Positions 17,372 to 26,138 of a DNA stretch of 64,000 nt are shown one piece after another. Position 1 is the first letter of the stretch, and each line of letters opens with the position of its first letter. The stretch comes from Candidatus Micrarchaeota archaeon (GTDB lineage Archaea; Micrarchaeota; Micrarchaeia; Micrarchaeales; Micrarchaeaceae). The notes beneath the pieces are model-generated. The model ran no database searches. It saw only the letters and a program-made list of their open reading frames with translations, and was not told the DNA's origin. Position numbers and translations under genes: made by a program. Where the stretch lies: NCBI GenBank assembly GCA_021811605.1, contig JAJZNR010000024.1, positions 37,751 through 101,750 of the forward strand, given 5' to 3'.

Positions 17372-18256
17372 TCACGGCGGTGTGTATCCGCTCTCCCACG
17401 AGCTGCTGAACTGGACACCGTTGTATGTGTCCTGCCCATTGTAACCATTGCCGCTGTAATCATTAAGATTGCCATTCAGCGGCCACCATGCAACAAGATT
17501 CTGCGGGCGGATCGGCGCGCCGCCGATCCCTTCAAGATACAGCGACTGTATTTCGCTAGCCGAAAGGGAGGTATTGTACACCTGCACATTCGAGAGTTCG
17601 CCCTGGAAGTTGTACGTTCCACACTCGCCCGCGCCGACCCAATTCAAGTTATAGTTCACTATAGAACCTGTCATCGGAGCGATTGCGCCGCCAGAATCTG
17701 GCACACCATTAATCCATGTAGACACGTCAGTTCCGTTGTACCTACCTGTTACGAACGCCCACGTTCCGAGTGCAGGGTTGCTCGGCGAGAATGAACAAAG
17801 GGTGCTGGAGATGGTGTTAGAGGCGCAGAAATCCGGTCCTGTAGTGCCACGCATCGAAATGCTGAACGGGAGGCACTGCCCGGTGGAGGAATCGTAACCA
17901 CCTATAACCCCATAGTAACCGTCTGCCGGAGGTGTGCTGAGGAAAGACTGCGGAAAATAAACCCACATCGTCGTGGTTACCTGTGGGTACGACCAGTCGA
18001 GTCCCGTAAGCGTCATGAATCCCTGGCCGTTGAAATTTGCTACGAACTCCGGCAGCAGCCCGTTGCACTGCCCTTCCAAAGACACTCCCGCAACAGTCCT
18101 CGATACCTGGCACGCGCCTGCCTGCGCATGGGGCTGGAAGTTCCCCGAAGAGAATACGCCAAGCTGAAAGAGCACAGAGAGGACGACGGCAATGATGAGT
18201 ATCGCCCACCCGTATGTCATCAGGTATTCCATCGCGCTCTGCGACTTCAGCTCCAT
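17372..18256 (-). CDS. type IV pilin-like (class III signal peptide) protein with LamG/concanavalin-like domain
   Basis: N-terminus 'MELKS|QSAMEYLMTYGWAILIIAVVLSVLF' has a short basic leader, Glu at +5 and a hydrophobic helix. LamG-type motifs are 'TTTMWVYF', 'GTWAFVTGRYNG' and 'GELSNVQVYNTSLSASEIQSLY'. The C-terminus is 'LVAWWPLNGNLNDYSGNGYNG'. Confidence 0.7.
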   Translation of the reverse strand: MELKSQSAMEYLMTYGWAILIIAVVLSVLFQLGVFSSGNFQPHAQAGACQVSRTVAGVSLEGQCNGLLPEFVANFNGQGFMTLTGLDWSYPQVTTTMWVYFPQSFLSTPPADGYYGVIGGYDSSTGQCLPFSISMRGTTGPDFCASNTISSTLCSFSPSNPALGTWAFVTGRYNGTDVSTWINGVPDSGGAIAPMTGSIVNYNLNWVGAGECGTYNFQGELSNVQVYNTSLSASEIQSLYLEGIGGAPIRPQNLVAWWPLNGNLNDYSGNGYNGQDTYNGVQFSSSWESGYTPP

Positions 18257-18288
18257 GGTGGTCTATGGGAACAAGATATAAAAAGTCT

Positions 18289-19545
18289 TTATTCTGCGAG
18301 CTTAATCGTGTCCCCGACCTTCGGCGCGTACGCCTTTACTCCGTTCCCGTTGAGTATTTCAGCCAAACCGCTCGTCCCAGCCTCATCGCCGTGCACGCAC
18401 ACCACCACCTGCGCACCGCTTTTATCCACATACTCCATCAGGTCCGACATCCCCGCGTGGGCAGAGAAATCATGGAAGGTGTGCGGTGCATCAATGTGCT
18501 TCTTCATCCCCTCGTGCATTATGCAGCCGGTTTCCATGAGCATGCGTCCGTTCGTCCCCTCCTGCTGGAATCCGGTGAGGAAGATGTGCGACCTTCTACT
18601 GAGCTTTGTCACATAACTCAACACTGGTCCCCCGTTAAGCATCCCGGAAGTGGTCAGTATTATTGATGGCTGGTTCAGTGCCTCCTTCCTCATCTCCATG
18701 CCATCTACCCAGTTAACTTCCCTCACTGCCTTCTGCAGAGAGTCGGCGTGCTGTATGTAGCGCGGGTTGTTGAGCACTATCTGGGTAGCGTCCTTCGCCA
18801 TTCCATCTATGTAGGTCTGCGAGGCAAGGCCGTGCTTGTAGAGGAGCGCAAGTATCTCCTGGCTCCTTCCCACCGCAAACGCCGGGATCAGCGCAGTACC
18901 GCCGTTGTCCAGCGTCTCCTTTATCAGATCTATGAATTCTATCACTGTCTTGTCGCGGTCCGCATGTTCCCTGTTTGCATACGTGCTTTCCATGATGAGC
19001 ACGTCGCACTTCACTATCTCTGCGCCCTTGTGGAGGAACTGCTCCTCAAGCTTGAAGTCGCCCGTATATACTATGCGCCGATAATCCTTGGCCTGTGTCC
19101 TCTCCACCAGAGTTATCGAACTGCCGGCTATGTGCCCGGCATCGTACAGTTCGAAATCGAAGTTGCCGAAGTGGTTTGTATGATGGTAATCGGTAGCTAT
19201 GTACCTGTTCATCAGCTCCTTGACTTGATTCCTGCTGAAACCGGCTTTCTGGTGCTGCTTCTTCGCTATGCTCAGCGAGTCATCGAGCAGAAGGTTCGAG
19301 AGCCGCATGGTCGGAGGGGTGCCGAACGTAGGTATGAAGAGCTCCGAGTAAAGAGCCGGAGTAAACCCGCTGTGGTCCAAATGCGCATGGCTCAGTATCA
19401 GGGCATCGGCTCTCGGTATCGACGTGGGGTACTCTGTTTTATGGTCGATTTTCACCCCGTAATCGAACAGCAGGCTCCGGTCATCCTTTAGGAGAATCGC
19501 GGAGCGGCCGACTTCCTGCGCTCCGCCGTAGAACTTCAGTTGCAT
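18289..19545 (-). CDS. beta-CASP metallo-beta-lactamase ribonuclease (aCPSF2 / RNase J-like, no KH domains)
   Basis: 'FYGGAQEVGRSAILL' and the MBL motif 'LSHAHLDHSG'. The beta-CASP region includes 'ESTYANRE'. The C-terminal 'HGD' motif is present. I chose the start at Met9 (ATG 19543-19545). Confidence 0.85.
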   Translation of the reverse strand: MQLKFYGGAQEVGRSAILLKDDRSLLFDYGVKIDHKTEYPTSIPRADALILSHAHLDHSGFTPALYSELFIPTFGTPPTMRLSNLLLDDSLSIAKKQHQKAGFSRNQVKELMNRYIATDYHHTNHFGNFDFELYDAGHIAGSSITLVERTQAKDYRRIVYTGDFKLEEQFLHKGAEIVKCDVLIMESTYANREHADRDKTVIEFIDLIKETLDNGGTALIPAFAVGRSQEILALLYKHGLASQTYIDGMAKDATQIVLNNPRYIQHADSLQKAVREVNWVDGMEMRKEALNQPSIILTTSGMLNGGPVLSYVTKLSRRSHIFLTGFQQEGTNGRMLMETGCIMHEGMKKHIDAPHTFHDFSAHAGMSDLMEYVDKSGAQVVVCVHGDEAGTSGLAEILNGNGVKAYAPKVGDTIKLAE

Positions 19546-19612
19546 CAAAACACGACAGCTTAACTTCATCGAGAATGTATATAAAGATTAGGTTTCATGT
19601 ATAAGCGATTCT

Positions 19613-20419
19613 ATGTCTGACGATATCACGTTTACAGACCTAGCCGCGATTATCAAGATCAAGCCGGACACTACTGTGGAGAAGTACGGGGGTCTTATAA
19701 ATTCGTCGCTGTTCGACGCAGCGAATGTGCTCGGCACACTCAGCCAGAAGAAACTCATCAGTTTCACCACTGCAATGCCGGGTCAGAACCCCATCGTGCT
19801 CACAGAGGCGGGCAAGAACCTGATGGCAGAGGCTGACAGCCGCGCAGCCGGCGAGTTCGACCATCTTGACCTGACTATACTACAGCAGATGCAGAAGGGC
19901 ATGAACGCCCCTGCGGATATCGCGAAGGCGATAAACATAAGCCCTCGCGATCTTGCAATGCATCTGTACAAGATGATGAAACAGGGCTATTCGGCTTACG
20001 AGTTCAGGAGCGGCATAGTTACCGTAATGCTCACAGAGAAAGGATTCTCCCAGGCGAAGGCAGGTATGCCTCAGCCTTCGCAGCAGGGCGTGCCCGTTTC
20101 AGGACAGGCTACGCAAGCCACACAGCAGCAAACAGCTGCACCCACACAGGCAAACCCACAAACCATGGCATTCAAGCCCGCTCCGCAGCCGCAGGCCCAG
20201 TCGGCACCCAGTGTGCCTCCTCAAGTTCCTGCAACGGGACCAGGGGCAAGCCCGGCGCCGCCAGCCCCGGCCGCCGAACCTCCAAAGGAGATGACGCCTG
20301 AGCAGGTGGAGGGCATGATAAAAGAAAAGGCAAAGAAGACCCTGATGCTACGCATCGCTGTTCTCGCTGTGATAATAATCATAGGCGTAGTGATCCTGTA
20401 CCTGGAGGGGAAGCTCTAG
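19613..20419 (+). CDS. membrane-anchored protein with two putative winged-helix modules and a Gln/Pro-rich linker
   Basis: wHTH-like segment 'LTILQQMQKGMNAPADIAKAINISPRDLAMHLYKMMKQGYSAYE'. A low-complexity linker of about 70 aa follows. The single C-terminal TM is 'LMLRIAVLAVIIIIGVVILYL'. Confidence 0.55.
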   Translation: MSDDITFTDLAAIIKIKPDTTVEKYGGLINSSLFDAANVLGTLSQKKLISFTTAMPGQNPIVLTEAGKNLMAEADSRAAGEFDHLDLTILQQMQKGMNAPADIAKAINISPRDLAMHLYKMMKQGYSAYEFRSGIVTVMLTEKGFSQAKAGMPQPSQQGVPVSGQATQATQQQTAAPTQANPQTMAFKPAPQPQAQSAPSVPPQVPATGPGASPAPPAPAAEPPKEMTPEQVEGMIKEKAKKTLMLRIAVLAVIIIIGVVILYLEGKL

Positions 20420-20434
20420 GGGAAGCTCTGAATC

Positions 20435-21349
20435 TCACGGCACCGTATACCCGCCCTTCCACGCCGAGGTAAACAGCATATTCGAAGCAGCAGCTGTACC
20501 GTTCCATCCCTGGCCGCTGTAGTCGTTCGCGTTGCCGTTGAGCGGCCACCAGCCGACAAGATTATTGAGATTTATAGGCGCACCGCCTACACCCCTCAAG
20601 TAAAGCGAATTCATACCGTTCATCGACATAGTGGCATTGTAGATCTGCAGGTTGGCCAGATACCCGTTTATAAAGTTGCCATTTCCGTCAGAACCAAGGA
20701 TCATGTTCCCGGTTCCGCTTCCAAGCACCAGCGCAGATGTCCCAACACGACTGTAAGTTATGGAATTGCAGACCTGCGTAGACGCTCCTGTATAAACACA
20801 ACCCTCAGCGGAGGGTCCAATTCCAGGGAGGGGCGCCGTGTACGCTATAAAATACCACGTTCCAGTTACCACGTTCGCCGGAATTACCAGCGTACCGACG
20901 CTCGGAGGGCAGAGACACTGCGGAATTGTCTTATATGAAACCTGCACAGCGCCCAAACTTGTGATCGTTATATTGCCACAAGTTCCATATGGCACGTCTG
21001 TCCCGAGCAGCGGCGTAGTGGACTGCGGCAACGCGTTAAGCTTAAACCACATAGCCACAAAACCTCCAGAGTTGCGCTCGCCACAAGACTGGTAGATTTT
21101 GGCAGGGCCTGCTGTGCTTACCGAAGAGACGTATTGCGGCGGGAGCCCGCTGCATGTCCCTGCCAGCGATATGCCTGTCACTGTTCCGGGGCCCAAAGGA
21201 CGCACCACAGAGCAGCTTCCCGGCGCTGCTGAAGGCGGACCGATGTTGAACACCCCGAGCTCGGCCAGCACCGCCGCTGCGATGCCTATCAGCAGTATAG
21301 CCCATCCGTATGTAGTAAGATATTCTATAGCGCTCTGTGACTTTGGCAT
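20435..21349 (-). CDS. type IV pilin-like (class III signal peptide) protein with LamG-like domain, paralog of 17372-18256
   Basis: 'MPKS|QSAIEYLTTYGWAILLIGIAAAVLA'. 'GYLANLQIYNATMSMNGMNSLY' is followed by 'LVGWWPLNGNANDYSGQGWNG'. The architecture matches the other copy. I chose the start at Met7 (ATG 21347-21349). Confidence 0.7.
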   Translation of the reverse strand: MPKSQSAIEYLTTYGWAILLIGIAAAVLAELGVFNIGPPSAAPGSCSVVRPLGPGTVTGISLAGTCSGLPPQYVSSVSTAGPAKIYQSCGERNSGGFVAMWFKLNALPQSTTPLLGTDVPYGTCGNITITSLGAVQVSYKTIPQCLCPPSVGTLVIPANVVTGTWYFIAYTAPLPGIGPSAEGCVYTGASTQVCNSITYSRVGTSALVLGSGTGNMILGSDGNGNFINGYLANLQIYNATMSMNGMNSLYLRGVGGAPINLNNLVGWWPLNGNANDYSGQGWNGTAAASNMLFTSAWKGGYTVP

Positions 21350-21397
21350 GATAGAGTATAGCACCAAGGGATTAAAACCTATGCTGCCATTAGCTCT

Positions 21398-22024
21398 ATG
21401 ATAACAATGGCAGGGCTCATCGAGTACGAGAAGGCACAGGCCATGCTAGCCAGGGCAGGCATAAAGACCGTCGAGAGCTCCTATGTCAGCAGCGCGGAAG
21501 CCTCTATAAAGTTCGCAGGAGGCGGACCCATAGTCCTGAAGGCGATATCCCAGAAGGCGCTTCACAAATCGCACTCCGGTCTTGTAAGGTTAAACCTCTG
21601 GACACCAGAACAGGTCAGGTCGGCTTACGCCGACCTCGCAAAAACCGCCGAGAAGTTCAAGCCATACAGGATACTGGCGCAGAAGATGATACACGGGAGC
21701 GTAGAGGTGATCATAGGAGGGAAAACCGACGCGCAGTTCGGGAAGATGCTGCTTCTGGGTCTCGGAGGAGTGTACGTGGAGACGTTCAAGGACGTAGCGC
21801 TGCGTGCGTGCCCGATTCAGAAGTACGACGCACAGTCGATGCTGAGCCAGCTGAAATCCAAGCCGATAATAGCTCCTGACAAAGCGTCCGAGGAGCTGAT
21901 CGTCTCGCTGCTCCTCAAGGTATCAAAGATGTTCGAATCCAGTAAAGCCACGGAGCTCGACCTTAATCCGATAATACTTCACGATGGGACCTACCACGCG
22001 GTGGATCTGCGCATAATAGAGTGA
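21398..22024 (+). CDS. acdB: ADP-forming acetyl-CoA synthetase, beta subunit (ATP-grasp)
   Basis: 'GGPIVLKAISQKALHKSHSGLVRLNL', 'EVIIGGKTDAQFGKMLLLGLGGVYVETFKDVALRACP' and 'ELDLNPI' fit the ATP-grasp_5 pattern. It lies immediately upstream of the alpha subunit. Confidence 0.8.
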   Translation: MITMAGLIEYEKAQAMLARAGIKTVESSYVSSAEASIKFAGGGPIVLKAISQKALHKSHSGLVRLNLWTPEQVRSAYADLAKTAEKFKPYRILAQKMIHGSVEVIIGGKTDAQFGKMLLLGLGGVYVETFKDVALRACPIQKYDAQSMLSQLKSKPIIAPDKASEELIVSLLLKVSKMFESSKATELDLNPIILHDGTYHAVDLRIIE

Positions 22025-22028
22025 TATA

Positions 22029-23441
22029 ATGAAGCCGCAACACCAATACCGATACCAGGACATCAATCCGATAATTAATCCGAAAAGTGTGGCGATAATA
22101 GGGGCTTCTGACAAGCCCGAGAAGGTAGGCCACGTAATACTGAAGAACTACGTCGACGTAGGATTTCAGGGGCAGTTATACCCTGTCAACATCAATACAG
22201 AACCTAATGGAAAGATAATGGGGCATACGGCATACAGGAGCATACTCGACATAAAGAAGCCGATAGACCTGGCCGTCATTGCGATTCCGGCTGAGCTGGT
22301 CCCGAAAGCGCTCGAGGAGTGCGGGAAGGCGAAGGTCTCCGGTGTCGTGATAGTCAGCGGTGGATTCGCGGAGGTCGGCAACCAGAAGCTGGAGGACAGG
22401 ATAGCCGAGATATCGAGGAAGTACAGGATGCCGTTCATAGGACCGAACTGCCTCGGGGTAATGGACCCGAGATCCAGGAACGACACTCTCTTCCTTCCCA
22501 CATCCAAGATAGACCGCCCGAAAATAGGCGGAGTGAGCTTTGTGTCGCAGAGCGGCTCTGTCGGCAGCTCCACCCTTGATCTCATCAGCGGCGAGGGATT
22601 TGGGCTCGCCCATTTCATATCTTACGGAAACGCCACAGTAGTGGACGAGGTGGACATACTCAACTACCTCGCCGATGACCCCGAAACAAAAGTGATAGTC
22701 TACTACCTCGAGGGGGTAAAGCGCGGCAAGGAATTCATGGAAGTGGCGAAGAGAACCGGAAATAAGAAGCCGGTCGTGATAATAAAAGGGGGGAGGAGTC
22801 CCGCAGGTGTCAGCGCTGCACACTCACACACCGCATCGCTCGCGGGAAGCGCGGAGGCGTACGAAGCGGTGTTCCGTCAGAGCGGATTCATAGTTGCGGA
22901 AGAGCTCGACGACCTTCTATACTTCGCAAAGATCTTCGAGACGCAGCCGCTCACGACAGGCAACCACATAGCGGTGATGACTAACGGAGGGGGGCACGGC
23001 GTGCTTGCCACCGACGCCCTATACCTTACAGGCCTGCAGTTCCCCAAACTGGAACCTTCGACGGAAAAGGCGCTGAGAAAGGCCATGCCGCCCATAGTGA
23101 ATATTGCCATGCCTCTGGACATAGGTGGAGAGGCTGACGCCCAGAGATACATAAATGCTCTCGAGATACTTGCGAAGGATCCGAACGTAGACGCATTCCT
23201 GATAATAGCACTGTTCCAGACACCTGGCGCAGACGAAAAGCTGGCAAACACGATAGCGCAGTTCGCTTCTAACAGCAAGAAGCCGGTAGTGGTGGTGAGC
23301 ACAGGCAGCACATACACGCGCTCGCACACCGCCTTGATGGAGGCGGCCGGGGTTCCTGTCTACGACGACCCGGTTGCAGCCGCAAGGTCGCTGGCTGCTC
23401 TTATAAAGTACTCCAAGTTCAGGAACAAGATGATTGTATGA
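22029..23441 (+). CDS. acdA: ADP-forming acetyl-CoA synthetase, alpha subunit (CoA-binding / succinyl-CoA synthetase-like)
   Basis: 'PKSVAIIGASDKPEKVGHVILKN', 'VSQSGSVGSS' and the phosphohistidine loop 'AAHSHTASLAGS'. Confidence 0.85.
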   Translation: MKPQHQYRYQDINPIINPKSVAIIGASDKPEKVGHVILKNYVDVGFQGQLYPVNINTEPNGKIMGHTAYRSILDIKKPIDLAVIAIPAELVPKALEECGKAKVSGVVIVSGGFAEVGNQKLEDRIAEISRKYRMPFIGPNCLGVMDPRSRNDTLFLPTSKIDRPKIGGVSFVSQSGSVGSSTLDLISGEGFGLAHFISYGNATVVDEVDILNYLADDPETKVIVYYLEGVKRGKEFMEVAKRTGNKKPVVIIKGGRSPAGVSAAHSHTASLAGSAEAYEAVFRQSGFIVAEELDDLLYFAKIFETQPLTTGNHIAVMTNGGGHGVLATDALYLTGLQFPKLEPSTEKALRKAMPPIVNIAMPLDIGGEADAQRYINALEILAKDPNVDAFLIIALFQTPGADEKLANTIAQFASNSKKPVVVVSTGSTYTRSHTALMEAAGVPVYDDPVAAARSLAALIKYSKFRNKMIV

Positions 23442-24757
23442 TAAAGGTTTCGAAGAGGATTAACGATATAATAAAGAGGGACAGGAGGGTAATGTTCACC
23501 ACGACAAGGGAGCACTATCCGTTCGTAGCGGACCACGCTAACGGGGACTTCGCGTACGACATAGACGGCAACAGGTTCATCGACTTCTCCGCTTTCATAA
23601 GCGTCTATAACATCGGTGGCAACGCCAACGCCGCTGTGAGGAATGCAGTAAAGGAACAGGCGGACAAGCTGATGCATGCGGCATTCCTCGACTTCTACTC
23701 AGAGCTGCCGGTAAGGCTCGCGGAGAACCTGCTCACCATGATGCCTAGTGGGTTCGGCAGGGTGTTCTTCTCCAACTCGGGAACGGAGGCAAACGAGGAC
23801 GCGATAAAGCTTGCGAGGATTTTCACCAAGAAGAGCTACATCATAGGTTTCTACGGGGCATTCCACGGACGCACCCTCGGATCGCTCGGCATAACCGCGG
23901 CAAAGACCGCGCAGAGGGAGAGGTTTGGGCCATTCCCCAATGTGGTGCACTCTATATTTCCGAACCCGTACAGGCCGCAGTTCGAGAGCGAGACTCCTGA
24001 CGAGCTCGCAATGGCATGCATAGACCATCTGGAGAATAACATACTGAAGAAGGAGGTCTCTCCAAAAGAGGCGGCGGCGATATTCGTCGAGCCGGTGCAG
24101 GGGGAGGGCGGCTACATAGTCCCGCCAAAGCTGTTCATGAAGGAACTGAGGAGGGTCGCTGACGATAACGGCATATTGCTGGTGTCTGACGAGGTGCAGG
24201 CAGGCTACTTCAGGACCGGTAAGTTCCTTGCGATGGAGAACTTCAACGTGACTGCAGACATATACACGATGGCAAAGGCGCTTGGGGGCGGCGTCCCGAT
24301 AGGCGCCACAATCGCGAAGAAGGAGTTTGGAGACACGCCACAGGGCTCTCATGCCGGAACGTTCGGCGGCAACCTGCTAGCGATGGCGGCAGCCAACGCG
24401 TCGCTCAACTATGTGAAAAGGAACAGGAGGAGGCTAGAGGCAGGAGTAAGGCAGAGGGGCAAGTATATAATGAAGAGGCTCAACGAGATGAAGGAAGATT
24501 ATGAGATACTCGGAGACGTGAGAGGGCTGGGGCTGATGATAGGCGCAGAGTTCGTAAAGACGAAGAAGTCGAAGACGCCTGCGGCGAAGGAGAGGGACAG
24601 GATAGCTGAGGAATGCTTCTACAACGGACTCCTCACTCTGCCTGCCGGGGAGTCCGCCATAAGGATAATTCCGCCTATAACTATGTCTATGCACAACATA
24701 GAGAGAGGAATGGATATATTCGAGAACGCTGTGAAGAAGGTAGATGGAGGAAGGTAA
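23438..24757 (+). CDS. class III pyridoxal-phosphate aminotransferase (GABA/ornithine/acetylornithine-AT family)
   Basis: 'FSNSGTEANEDAIKLAR', 'GAFHGRTLGSL', 'LVSDEVQAGYFRTGK' and the PLP-Lys region 'YTMAKALGGG'. Confidence 0.85.
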   Translation: MIKVSKRINDIIKRDRRVMFTTTREHYPFVADHANGDFAYDIDGNRFIDFSAFISVYNIGGNANAAVRNAVKEQADKLMHAAFLDFYSELPVRLAENLLTMMPSGFGRVFFSNSGTEANEDAIKLARIFTKKSYIIGFYGAFHGRTLGSLGITAAKTAQRERFGPFPNVVHSIFPNPYRPQFESETPDELAMACIDHLENNILKKEVSPKEAAAIFVEPVQGEGGYIVPPKLFMKELRRVADDNGILLVSDEVQAGYFRTGKFLAMENFNVTADIYTMAKALGGGVPIGATIAKKEFGDTPQGSHAGTFGGNLLAMAAANASLNYVKRNRRRLEAGVRQRGKYIMKRLNEMKEDYEILGDVRGLGLMIGAEFVKTKKSKTPAAKERDRIAEECFYNGLLTLPAGESAIRIIPPITMSMHNIERGMDIFENAVKKVDGGR

Positions 24758-24761
24758 TACG

Positions 24762-25483
24762 ATGGCCGATAAAGTTGCATTAGTAACGGGCGGAAGCAGA
24801 GGCATAGGCAGGGCGATAGCAGAGGAGTTGTTAGACATGGATTACTCTGTGGTAATCACGGCAAAGGACGAGACGCGTTTGAAGAGAGCAGCTGCAGAGA
24901 TGTCCAAGAAAGGAAAGGTGGAGTACTTTGCATGTGATCTGTCTAGCACCAAAGAAATTGACGAGCTATACAGTTTCATTTCAGACAAGAAACTCTCCCG
25001 AAGGTGCTTGTCAACAACGCGGGGATGTGGGCTGAGGGCGATACAAGCACAGCAAAGATGGAGATGTACGACAGGATGATGAACACCAACACGCGAGGCG
25101 CATTCTACCTCACGCAGAAGCTGCTTCCGATGCTGAAGAAGGCGAAGAACGCCCGTATAATAATAACATCTTCAACACACGGGCTCGACGCGTCGAGCGC
25201 GGACGGAAGGGCAGACGCCACTCTCTACGCAATGTCAAAATGGAGCCTCAGGAGCTGGGCGAAATTCCTGCGTGAGGAAGTAAGGCCGTTCGGGATAGGC
25301 GTGACTGTAATGTACCCAGGACCGGTGCTTACCGATGAATGGGAAGGGCACACGTACAAGGAAGAAAGATTCGTGCGGCCTTCCGACATAGGAAAAGCGG
25401 TACGGTTGATGCTGTCACTGTCCGGCAATGCGGTAGTTGACGAGATAACGATAAATACGGTCAGGAAGATTGACGACAAGTAG
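24762..25483 (+). pseudogene. short-chain dehydrogenase/reductase interrupted by a -1 frame change near 24996-25000
   Basis: The N-terminal part 'KVALVTGGSRGIGRAIA' is in frame 0 and ends at 25079. The continuation '(P)KVLVNNAGMW ... ITSSTHG ... YAMSKWSL ... PGPV' is in frame 2 from about 24998. The two halves join as ..FISDKKLS/PKVLVNNAG.. across the run CTCCCG. Confidence 0.8.
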
Positions 25484-26134
25484 CTATTTCACAAGGGAGT
25501 CGACCCACCTGACCACCTTAGTTATGTTGTCAATCGACTTCTGGGTGTCCTTCTCTTCCATAGAGTGGTCTGCTCCATCCATGACAAGCGCTATTCCACC
25601 GAGCTTCTTTATCTCTTCAACGCGCTCCCTGTTATAGTATGGGTCGGCAGTGCCAACGGCATACAGGCTTTTATTCCAGAACTTCCGCATAGACGGGTAC
25701 ACGAAATCGGAACCCCACAGCGGAGTCATCCAGATGTTCTGTTTTATGTTGGGATATAGGCCGTTGAGTGCAGCGAGGTGGAAGCACCCGAGCGACTTCC
25801 CTATAAGCACTATGTTCTTGTAGGCGCCCTGCCTGAGCACAGCAGAGTAAACCGCAGCGGCATCGAAGTTCATCCAGGCAACCTGCTGGTCGTCCGTAAG
25901 GCTGTCCCACCGCTTCTTGCCTCTGTAATCATACTCGACCCAGAGTAGGTCGTAGCCCTTCTCGAAGAGCAGCTTTGACGGATAGTAGAGGAGCGGCATG
26001 CCGCACTTGTAGCCGATGCCGGGGAACACTATAACCACCTTGTCTGTGGTTCTTCCCTCCGCTATGGTGAAAGTGTTGTTTATCCTTTCCCCGTCGTGTC
26101 CAGCGATGTCTATAGAGGCGTACTTCTCCGTCAT
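25484..26134 (-). CDS. alpha/beta-fold hydrolase
   Basis: The nucleophile elbow is 'LIGKSLGC' (G-x-S-x-G) and the C-terminal 'GADHSM' is a His candidate. Size and pattern fit a small dienelactone-hydrolase/esterase-like fold. Confidence 0.65.
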   Translation of the reverse strand: MTEKYASIDIAGHDGERINNTFTIAEGRTTDKVVIVFPGIGYKCGMPLLYYPSKLLFEKGYDLLWVEYDYRGKKRWDSLTDDQQVAWMNFDAAAVYSAVLRQGAYKNIVLIGKSLGCFHLAALNGLYPNIKQNIWMTPLWGSDFVYPSMRKFWNKSLYAVGTADPYYNRERVEEIKKLGGIALVMDGADHSMEEKDTQKSIDNITKVVRWVDSLVK

Positions 26135-26138
26135 CGGA

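Noticed and set aside
24990-25006. Programmed ribosomal frameshifting as the explanation for the split SDR gene
   Set aside because: I could see no slippery X-XXY-YYZ heptamer and no obvious downstream stimulatory structure. A 1-nt deficit in a CCC run is the simpler explanation.
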